From an uncultured Acidobacteriaceae bacterium (GTDB lineage: Bacteria; Acidobacteriota; Terriglobia; Terriglobales; Acidobacteriaceae): 64,000 bases of DNA. The position numbers and the translations under genes were made by a program. Location: positions 49,017 to 113,016 of the forward strand of contig CAVXVM010000106.1 of the NCBI GenBank assembly GCA_963765025.1, written 5' to 3'. Every line of letters begins with the position of its first letter. Within the stretch, counting starts at the first letter, position 1. This document shows, piece by piece, positions 27,557 to 35,762 of this stretch. The notes beneath the pieces were generated by a model. The model was not told the origin of the DNA and made no database searches. It saw nothing but the letters and a program-made list of their open reading frames with translations.

Positions 27557-27584
27557 GGAGAGGCGGCCGAAAGGCCGCCTCCCC
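27557..27584 (-). terminator. Strong GC hairpin with GNRA-type tetraloop between the TonB-dependent receptor and GH38-like genes
   Basis: GAGGCGGCC-GAAA-GGCCGCCTC (9-bp stem, 27560-27581). No clear U-tract, so it may be an attenuator or mRNA-stability element rather than a full terminator. Confidence 0.4.
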
Positions 27585-27610
27585 GTTGACTTCGTCCTGT
27601 CAGTACTCCG

Positions 27611-30600
27611 CTAGAATGCAAAGCGCAGCGCTACCTGGCCGATGCGTGGATCGCGCGCAGAGCCCACCTCACCAAAATCAGCGGCCGAGAAATTCCCATC
27701 GGGATTGTAAAACTGCGCGTGATTCATAACATTAAAGAACTCCGCACGAAACTCCACCGAATAGTGGTCGCGGAACTGCACGAACTTGCGCAATGCCGTG
27801 TCCCAGTTATTAAGACCAGGACCGATAAAGAACCGCCGATTCGCGGATCCGAATGTACCCAGAGCCTCAAGGGAGAATTGCGAGGCATTGAAGTAAGTGC
27901 GCGCCGAAGAGGAGCGTGGATTGAACTTGGCGATCTGCTTTCCATTCCAGTCAGGCGTATCGATGCCCCCTGAACCCACCAGAGATTGGTCCTGGTTCTC
28001 GGAGATAGTAATCGGAAGGCCGGTGGTGAAACGTGTTATGCCGGTAAGCTCCCATCCTCCTATCGACTGACGAATCAGAGCGTTTGAGCCTTGGAGCTTG
28101 GGTAGTGTAAAGCCGTAGCTAATCACAAAGTTCTGTGGCATGTCGAACGCCGATAATGAGCGGCTTCGACGAGGATTGAACGGATTGATCCCATCAGTGT
28201 CGCCGGAACCGTCGTCAATCGATTTGGACCAAGTGTAGGCCGCCAAAAATTGCGCGAAGCCGATATGCTTTGAGAGACTTACCTCAAATCCATGGTACGC
28301 GGAATTGACCATCGTGATGTTATAGGGGTTGCTCGTGAAATCCAGGATTCCCTGCGATAGAAAATCTCCGGAAGTGACGCTGTGCGGACGTGTGCCGTTT
28401 ACGTTTGTGCCATTGGGCAAGGCATAGATCTGATCTTCGCCATAGGGTCCACAGCCTTGCCCAGCTGGCAGCGCTGCTGCAACGGCGAGGCAGGTTGACG
28501 CGATGCCCGGGTTGGATTCAAGCTGGGCGAGGAGATGATGCCCCACAGTGCCCACATAACCTGCGGAGAGGATCGATGCACCGGGGAGTTCGCGCTGAAT
28601 GTTGAGATTGAATTGGATGACGTAGGGTGTCATATTTCCCAGCGCCACACCAGGAGAACCGCCGATTGGTAGATACTTTGCCCAGTTAATCGGAGAGCCT
28701 GGTGTTGGCGGGGTAAATGGAAACCGCTGCCCCGGATCATTATCATGCCGGCGATCCTCGTAGGGTGTACTGAAGTAAACCTGCGTCGGACTTTGGTAGT
28801 AAAGCCCGAACGGAGCATCACCGATGGTATAGAACGCGGGTTGGTCCTCGAGAGCGGTATAGTAGATGCCGCTTCCGGCACGAATACTTGTTTTTCCTGG
28901 TGCTCCCAAAATATCTTCGAGCAGCCCTTGTGAGGCACTCGGACTCCAGTTGAGCCCCACCCGAGGGCTGAGGTTGTCTCGCGGCGTCTTGGAGATGGTG
29001 TTTGGAAGACCGTCGTCGCCGGGAAATATCCATCCCAGGGGCGATCCTGGGTACTGAGTGGATTGCACGCCCCAGTCGATGGCGTTCAGCCTGTTCTCAA
29101 TCTCATAAAACGGCTGAATGATATCCCACCTTAATCCAGCGTTTATCGTCAGATTGGGACGTATCCGGTATGAATCCTGAACGAACACGCCGCCATAATT
29201 GGCCTTGGTGAAGAACGTCGAATAACTCTGCTGAGTGAATCCATTTGGAGCACCGAGTAGGAAGTCGGCAAAGCCATTTCCAGTCTCGGTCCCATTGAAG
29301 GAGAAGCTCCCGTTGGGTGTCGAGATGTTGTATTCGTTTACCTGGATTTGCCTTGCTTCTCCGCCGATCTTCAAGCTATGCAAACCGATAACCTTTGAAA
29401 ATACGTCAACGAGCTGATATTCATCGTTGACTTGATTGATGGCATAAGCTACGGCGCCCATTGAGACGCCATACGCTCCTCCGATGTTAATGGAAGGCAC
29501 TCCCTCCACCGAGGGGACACTGGATATGAGCCCCAAAGGCCCGGTAGAGAAGCCGAAACTGCTCAGCGTTCCGAGCCCTCCCGTCGGGTGAGTCTGGAAG
29601 ATGGTCGAGCGAGTATAGTTGAGCCGGACTTCGTTCACCATGCTGGCACTAAAGACATGCGTATTGCTGACGTTCCCCTGGTAAACCTGTTGCGGCACGC
29701 TGCCTGAGAATCCTGGCACGTTTCCGCCCGCATAGGGGCTCACCGTCGATGTATTGTCATAGTTGAAATAGAAGGACCAATCGCCGGTTCTGCGATCAGA
29801 CCAATTTACGTGTTCACCAATTTTATCGTCGGTCAATTGATTATTCAGGCTTGTGGTGGAAAAGTACGGTGTGCCACCCTTAAGACCCGTGGGAGCCGGT
29901 ATGAACTTCAACGTACCCACGGCAGCCGGATCCCATGCAGACTTCGGAATCACCTGTCCGGGGAATACGCAATTGGCGGTGGAAGCACAACCGGAGAACC
30001 AGTATGGCTCGCCGGATGTCACTGTATATCCAAGCCGCGTGGTCAGGACGTCAGGCATGGTGTGCCCACTGGAGATATTGTCGCCCTGCACGACGCCGGT
30101 CAGCGTACCATAGCCCGTTGTGGCTCCGTCAGAAAAGTTGCCAGTTGTTTCGGTGGTGGAGGGGACGAAAGCTAGTCCCGTCTGCCCACGTATTTCGCGC
30201 GTCCCCTGATAATCGGTAAAGAAGAAGAGGCGGTTTTTCACCAAGGGTCCGCCGAACGCATAGCCAAATTGATTGCGCTTGAAAATCCCGCGAGCTGTGT
30301 TGGGAATGGGCAATCCAGTTGCCACATTGACCTGATTCTGGGCAAAGAAGTTCTTGCCGTTCAGGTCTTCATTGCGCAAAAACTCATAAGCCGAACCGTG
30401 AAATTGGTTCGTTCCGGACTTGGTGATGACGTTGACAATCGATCCCGCGAAACGCCCATATTCGGCATCGAAGGTATTGGTCAATATGCGGAACTCCTGA
30501 ATGGAGTCCAGCGTGGGAATCAGACTGGCGCCGTTATTCTTAGGCTCATTCACATCGCCGCCGTTAACCAGGAAAGAGTTGCCCGATTCCTGGCTCCCGT

Positions 30601-31177
30601 TGACCGAAACCCCTCCAGCATTGAGCTCTCCTGAAACTGGCCGGTCAGTAAAGGCGACCGATGAGGTGATGGGCACGACACCGGGCTGCAGCCCCATCAA
30701 GTCGGTGTAACTTCGTCCATTCAGAGGCAGGCTGGTCATTTTTTCATCCGTGATGAGATCACCGATCTGGTTGGTCGACGTATCCACCTGCACCGAATCC
30801 GCGGCGACGGTTACTTGTTCGGTGACGTGCCCAAGGTTCAATGCGAAGTCCGCACGAAATCGCTGGTTTACGGTGAGAGTGATGTTTTGTTGAGCAGATT
30901 TTGTGAACCCAGGGGCAGACGCTTCCACCGTGTAACCGTCTCCGGCCGGCACCGAAAGGAACTCGTAACTGCCGTTCGCGTCTGTTGAGGCGCTTCTCTG
31001 ATATCCGGTAATCGGATTGGTCAGAGTTACCGCAGCCTTCGGCAACACCTGGCCATGGGGATCGCTGACGATTCCAATGACAGATGCAGTGACATCGGCC
31101 CTGGCCATCAGGGTTCCCCACATTACCATCAAGGGCAAAAGGAGAAGAAAGAGTGAAAAGCGAGTACTCCGATGCAT
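27611..31177 (-). CDS. TonB-dependent receptor with N-terminal carboxypeptidase-regulatory-like domain
   Basis: 1188 aa. Signal peptide, CarboxypepD_reg block (VIGIVSDPHGQVLPKAAVTLTNPITGYQRSASTDANGSYEF), plug and barrel, canonical C-terminus ...GQVALRFAF. Confidence 0.9.
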   Translation of the reverse strand: MHRSTRFSLFLLLLPLMVMWGTLMARADVTASVIGIVSDPHGQVLPKAAVTLTNPITGYQRSASTDANGSYEFLSVPAGDGYTVEASAPGFTKSAQQNITLTVNQRFRADFALNLGHVTEQVTVAADSVQVDTSTNQIGDLITDEKMTSLPLNGRSYTDLMGLQPGVVPITSSVAFTDRPVSGELNAGGVSVNGSQESGNSFLVNGGDVNEPKNNGASLIPTLDSIQEFRILTNTFDAEYGRFAGSIVNVITKSGTNQFHGSAYEFLRNEDLNGKNFFAQNQVNVATGLPIPNTARGIFKRNQFGYAFGGPLVKNRLFFFTDYQGTREIRGQTGLAFVPSTTETTGNFSDGATTGYGTLTGVVQGDNISSGHTMPDVLTTRLGYTVTSGEPYWFSGCASTANCVFPGQVIPKSAWDPAAVGTLKFIPAPTGLKGGTPYFSTTSLNNQLTDDKIGEHVNWSDRRTGDWSFYFNYDNTSTVSPYAGGNVPGFSGSVPQQVYQGNVSNTHVFSASMVNEVRLNYTRSTIFQTHPTGGLGTLSSFGFSTGPLGLISSVPSVEGVPSINIGGAYGVSMGAVAYAINQVNDEYQLVDVFSKVIGLHSLKIGGEARQIQVNEYNISTPNGSFSFNGTETGNGFADFLLGAPNGFTQQSYSTFFTKANYGGVFVQDSYRIRPNLTINAGLRWDIIQPFYEIENRLNAIDWGVQSTQYPGSPLGWIFPGDDGLPNTISKTPRDNLSPRVGLNWSPSASQGLLEDILGAPGKTSIRAGSGIYYTALEDQPAFYTIGDAPFGLYYQSPTQVYFSTPYEDRRHDNDPGQRFPFTPPTPGSPINWAKYLPIGGSPGVALGNMTPYVIQFNLNIQRELPGASILSAGYVGTVGHHLLAQLESNPGIASTCLAVAAALPAGQGCGPYGEDQIYALPNGTNVNGTRPHSVTSGDFLSQGILDFTSNPYNITMVNSAYHGFEVSLSKHIGFAQFLAAYTWSKSIDDGSGDTDGINPFNPRRSRSLSAFDMPQNFVISYGFTLPKLQGSNALIRQSIGGWELTGITRFTTGLPITISENQDQSLVGSGGIDTPDWNGKQIAKFNPRSSSARTYFNASQFSLEALGTFGSANRRFFIGPGLNNWDTALRKFVQFRDHYSVEFRAEFFNVMNHAQFYNPDGNFSAADFGEVGSARDPRIGQVALRFAF

Positions 31178-31326
31178 CTGCAGCCTCCTTGCGCAAGCGC
31201 ATTCCTCAAGATGAGAATGAAATGTAGCATGGTATTATTTCCAAGTCAACGCAGTTTTTCCTGAAGCCAACAAGTGTACTATTTTCAACAGAACTCTGCT
31301 GAAAAGAACGGCGAAAGGGCTTTCGC

Positions 31327-32341
31327 ATGGCAACGATGAAGGACGTCGCACAACGAGCGGGTGTGTCAGAGTCCACGGTCTCGCACGTCATCAATAGCAC
31401 CCGGCCAGTGTCGGAAGACAAGAAGGCGCGCATTTTACTTGCGATGCGAGAGCTTGGCTTTTCAGCAAACGCCCACGCTAGAGGGCTTGCACGTGGGCGA
31501 AGCAATTTCCTGGGCATGCTCGTTTCCGATATCGAAAACCCCTTCTTCCCTGGGGTGATCAAGGCCTTTGAGGATATTGCCAGGCAGCACGGGTTCGATG
31601 TTCTGCTTTTCAGCACGAACTACGACTCGGAAGTTGCTGAGAGTGCCTGCCGTAAGTTGGTGGAAAATCAGGCGCCTGCGGTTGCGATCATGACTTCGCA
31701 GCTGGATCCTGCACTACTGGAATACCTTGCAAAAAACAGCGTTGATTCTGTCATGCTGGACGGAATCAAGGTCGCTCCCCACCGCAGCAGTCTTCATCTG
31801 CGCTACGAAAAGGGCGCGGTGGAAGGTGTGCAATGCCTTTTCAACCTCGGACACCGCGACATGGCGATGATCGCCGGCCCCCAAAACCGCCGTTCCCACA
31901 TTGCGTATCGAACAGCGGTCGAGTCTGCCGCTATGGCTCTTAACTGCCGCCTGCGGGTTATCGAGGGCCACAATACCCCAGAATCAGGCTCAGATGCGAT
32001 CGCACGGTCTGTTGACAGCTGCGGATCTTCCAACCGCAATTCTCTGTAGCAATGATTTGACCGCGATTGGCGCAATTCAGGCATTAAACCACTCTGGTTT
32101 ACGGGTTCCTGAGGATATTTCGGTAGTCGGCGCGGACGATATCCCATTGGCCCAGTTGATGACCCCCACACTGACGTCAGTGCATATTCCGCGCCAGGAC
32201 CTCGGCCGGATGGCACTTTCACCATTATTGAAAAGATGCTGAACGGAGAGCTTTCCTGGCGGAACGGAGTCTTTCCTCGATACCCACCTCATCGTCCGGG
32301 GCTCTACAGGGTCAGGCAGGAGAGGCGAGATTTCAAACTGA
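31327..32341 (+). pseudogene. LacI-family transcriptional regulator, disrupted (frameshift near 32006-32010 plus in-frame TGA at 32240)
   Basis: The HTH MATMKDVAQRAGVSESTVSHVINS and the sugar-binding domain are in frame 1 up to ...ESGSDAIAR. LLTAADLPTAILCSNDLTAIGAIQALNHSGLRVPEDISVVGADD continues in frame 2. After TGA 32240, the same frame still encodes the family C-terminus ...FLDTHLIVRGSTG. Confidence 0.8.
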
Positions 32342-32505
32342 AATTTCTCGTCGATAAAGCAAGCGCTTGCGCAAATACTGCGCATTGTGTATTCTTTGGT
32401 TGCTCGCAGCCGGAACCACCCGAAATAAGGGCACGACGGCGGTTCAAGATCGCAAACGGACCCGGCTGGAACGGGTTCAGGTCAGACCGGGAATGAGGAC
32501 GAACG

Positions 32506-33559
32506 ATGGGAACAACTTATCCTGTGATTGAAGGGGCTTATGTTCGCGACTTATTGGAACAGCCCGATTCATTAAGGCGCACTTTGGCCACGCCGCTGCC
32601 CGCCGAGCTGACTGATGTAGGCAAAAGGCTCAGGGCTCCTCAGCCGCCCTCCGTAATCCTCACCGGGATGGGCTCTTCCTACCATGCCCTTCATCCTTTG
32701 GCGATCCGCCTGGCGGAATCGGGCATTTGCCCTTTAATGCTCGAGACCTCAGAGCTGAACTACTACTGGAGCGGACTCCTCGGCCCGAATACTGTTGTTC
32801 TTACAGTTTCGCAATCTGGACGAAGCGCAGAGATTTTGCGCTTGCTCGATATCGATGCGGGTCGATCGACACTGATCGCAGTTACCAACGACCTGGACTC
32901 TCCGCTCGCGCACACTGCAAACGGAGTCGTCCAGGATTGACGCTGGAGTGGAGTCATCCGTTTCGTGCAAAACCTATGTCAGTAGCTTGCTTGCATTGAG
33001 CCGCGTGGGCGAAGTTTTGTGCCCACAGGATCGAGCTACTTTCCGTCGACAAGCCGAATGAAGCAATCGCTGATTTGGTGGACCAATATCTCGCAAACTG
33101 GCGTGAGCACGTCGAGGAGGCTCTGATTTGCCTGCAGGGCGTGCGCCATCTGGTGCTAGCCGGGCGTGGGCCTTCTCTTGCAACAACGGGAACTGGCGGA
33201 TTGATTATCAAGGAGGCTGCTCGCTTCCCAGCCGAAGGCATGAGTGCGGCGGCTTTCCGCCACGGACCCGTTGAGATGCTAAGCGATGAACTCTTTCTTC
33301 TTGTTTTTCAGGGTGGTGAGCGTTCTGCGCACTTAAACAGCAGGTTGGCTGCTGAAGTTCTTGACCTCGAGCGGAAATTGCCAATTGGTCTCGGAAGAAA
33401 GCGATCTGGCGCTCTTTCGGACGGTAGCAACATACTGAGTCGTTAAGGCCGATTCTTGAGATTTTGCCGGTTCAAATGATCACACTTGCGCTGGCTGCAC
33501 GACAGGGTCGCGAAGCCGGCGCCTTCTCTCACGCCTCCAAGATCACCTCGACGGAATAG
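32506..33559 (+). pseudogene. Double-SIS-domain sugar isomerase/deglycase-like protein (GlmS C-terminal / AgaS / FrlB type), at least 3 frameshifts
   Basis: Four consecutive pieces in frames 1, 2, 0, 2. Piece 1: ...ILTGMGSSYHA...VLTVSQSGRSAEI...IAVTNDLDSPLAHTANGVVQ. Piece 2: IDAGVESSVSCKTYVSSLLALS. Piece 3: ...HLVLAGRGPSLATTGTGGLIIKEAARFPAEGMSAAAFRHGPVEML. Piece 4: PILEILPVQMITLALAARQGREAGAFSHASKITSTE*. Confidence 0.75.
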
Positions 33560-33640
33560 TGTTGAAGGCTTCGATCTTCGCAGGAGGGCGGGATTCGAGG
33601 GGTAAACGAGGGTTGTTTTCTAAACGTCCAGTGTTCCCCT

Positions 33641-34612
33641 TCATTGGTCTTCTGCCTTACGCCGCAAAGCGGTTCTCGGGCCATGACCATAGGCTTGCAA
33701 AAAAACCTTGTAAAATTGCGCGTAACTCCCGAAGCCGGCTGCATAAACGGCCTCAGTAATCGTTTTTTGGTCTTCCTGCTGGTACTGCTCAAAAAAACGG
33801 GAGAGTCGCAGCGAATTGCGATACCTGCTCATAGGAACACCAAGCTGCCGACTAAACATCCTGCTCAAATAGGCCTTGCTCGCCCCGCAGGCTTTCGCCA
33901 AATCACTCATGTTCAGCGCCGTGTCACCCTCGCTCAAGAGCTTAAGGGCACGACGCACCACCGGATGCAGATCGACCGCATCGCGTGTCGCCTTGCCTGT
34001 CACCTGACAACGCCAGCAAAGCAGCAGGAGATAGTGTAATCCGGCATTCAGGCTGTCAGGATCTCGATGCTCGAAGATGAAATCTGAGGACTGCCCGAAG
34101 CCAGCCTCCTTATTGAGCAAATCCGGGTCCAGCGAGCCCTGCATAAGCGAGTCCATGATCCGTCGAGTCAGATCAAAGGCCTCGGGTTTCAGCACCGTGC
34201 TCAGAACGCCGACCTTCTCGTTCTTAACGTGCTTCAGCCCTTCGTAAGCAGAGGAGCGGCACGATCGTCGAATCAGCGACGGCTTGAAAACGGCAACATA
34301 GAATTGCGCATCATCGGACCGATCCACCAATTGGTGTTCCTGTTGAGGAAAAAGCCAAAGCAGGGTTCTCGGCGAAAAGGTGAAGCGCGTGCCATCGACA
34401 ACGTAGGTGATGGTTCCCTGAAGAATAAGGTTTACCTCGAGCTCAATATGGTGATGGCTCTGGAGCATTTGGACATTCCGAGCGGATTCCGCCAGAAACA
34501 AAAGGCCATCGTAAGCCTTGCCAAGCTTGAGGTTTGCGAGCATTTGGACAATATACGATAACTTTTCATCACCTGTCGAGATGACATTTATCGAACCCGA
34601 CCATACGATCAT
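33641..34612 (-). CDS. AraC-family transcriptional regulator
   Basis: C-terminal HTH_18 region (LAKACGASKAYLSRMFSRQLGVPMSRYRNSLRLSRF) with an N-terminal cupin-like domain. The start is possibly Met24 (34543). Confidence 0.85.
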   Translation of the reverse strand: MIVWSGSINVISTGDEKLSYIVQMLANLKLGKAYDGLLFLAESARNVQMLQSHHHIELEVNLILQGTITYVVDGTRFTFSPRTLLWLFPQQEHQLVDRSDDAQFYVAVFKPSLIRRSCRSSAYEGLKHVKNEKVGVLSTVLKPEAFDLTRRIMDSLMQGSLDPDLLNKEAGFGQSSDFIFEHRDPDSLNAGLHYLLLLCWRCQVTGKATRDAVDLHPVVRRALKLLSEGDTALNMSDLAKACGASKAYLSRMFSRQLGVPMSRYRNSLRLSRFFEQYQQEDQKTITEAVYAAGFGSYAQFYKVFLQAYGHGPRTALRRKAEDQ

Positions 34613-34632
34613 GCAGAGTCTTTCGCTTTAGT

Positions 34633-35700
34633 ATGCTGCTTCCCCTGACTTCTCTAATTTTCGGCACTCTGCCCGATGGAAAGGCAGTGGAGGCCTGGAC
34701 ACTCTGCGGATCGGGAGGCCTGCGGCTCGAAATCATCACATATGGAGCTGCCGTCACGCGGCTTCTCGTCCCAGACCGCGATGGACGCCTCGCAGATGTA
34801 GTCCTTGGCTTCAACAACCTCGCCCCCTACGCGACGGGTCGGACTTATTCTGGCGCCGTGATCGGCAGGGTAGCGGGAAGGATGACCGGCGCCCGTTTCA
34901 GCCTGGATGGAATCGCATACCAACTCACACCAAATGACGGCCTGAACCATCTTCACGGCGGCAGCGAAGGTTTCGACAAGAAGGTCTGGACCGCTTTCCC
35001 CATGCAGGATGCTTCTGGAGCGCCATCTCTGCGACTCACATATCGCAGCACAGACGGCGAGGAGGGCTATCCAGGAAACGTGGATGTTGCGGTGATCTAT
35101 ACAGTCACCGGCGAGAATGTCGTACGCGTTGAAACAGAAGCTGTCTCAGACCGGCCGACTCCATTCAACCTGACGCTACACCCGTATTTCAACCTAGCCG
35201 GGGAAGCAGCCGGCCCCATCAGCGATCATCTTCTCCAGATCCATTCCGATGAGTTCGTAGCCACAGACGAACAGATGACGTTGCTTGGACGCCTGAAACC
35301 GGTGAATGGCCAGCACAATGACTTCAGAACACTTCGCGGCCTTGGCGATGCCGTCCCGCTGCTTTTTCGAAACCACGGAGACCTTTATCGGATTCGCAGA
35401 ACGGGCGATTGTCTTGCTCAAGCGAAGCCCGTGCCGGCTGCTCGATTGGTTCATCCGGCTAGTGGACGCGTTCTTGAGTTGTCCACGACTGAGTCTTATG
35501 TGCAGCTTTACACGGGAGTCGGCCTCGACGGATTGCTAACCGGGAAATCCGGCACGCGGTATGCGCGCCACGCCGGTGTTTGCCTGGAGTGCGAAGGCTA
35601 CCCCGATGGAGCGAACAGTCCGAGTATGGGCGACAACATTCTGCGACCTGGAAAGGCCCGAAGTGAAATCACGACTTACTCCTTTTCAACGCTGCCATGA
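34633..35700 (+). CDS. galM: Aldose 1-epimerase (galactose mutarotase)
   Basis: FGTLPDGKAVEAWTL start, NHLHGG, EEGYPGN, and a family-typical length (355 aa). Confidence 0.9.
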   Translation: MLLPLTSLIFGTLPDGKAVEAWTLCGSGGLRLEIITYGAAVTRLLVPDRDGRLADVVLGFNNLAPYATGRTYSGAVIGRVAGRMTGARFSLDGIAYQLTPNDGLNHLHGGSEGFDKKVWTAFPMQDASGAPSLRLTYRSTDGEEGYPGNVDVAVIYTVTGENVVRVETEAVSDRPTPFNLTLHPYFNLAGEAAGPISDHLLQIHSDEFVATDEQMTLLGRLKPVNGQHNDFRTLRGLGDAVPLLFRNHGDLYRIRRTGDCLAQAKPVPAARLVHPASGRVLELSTTESYVQLYTGVGLDGLLTGKSGTRYARHAGVCLECEGYPDGANSPSMGDNILRPGKARSEITTYSFSTLP

Positions 35701-35762
35701 ACGAGCAACTGTTCGCGAGCAGAAGTTGAGAATGGAAGAGACCTTTTAAAGGGGACTTGATA

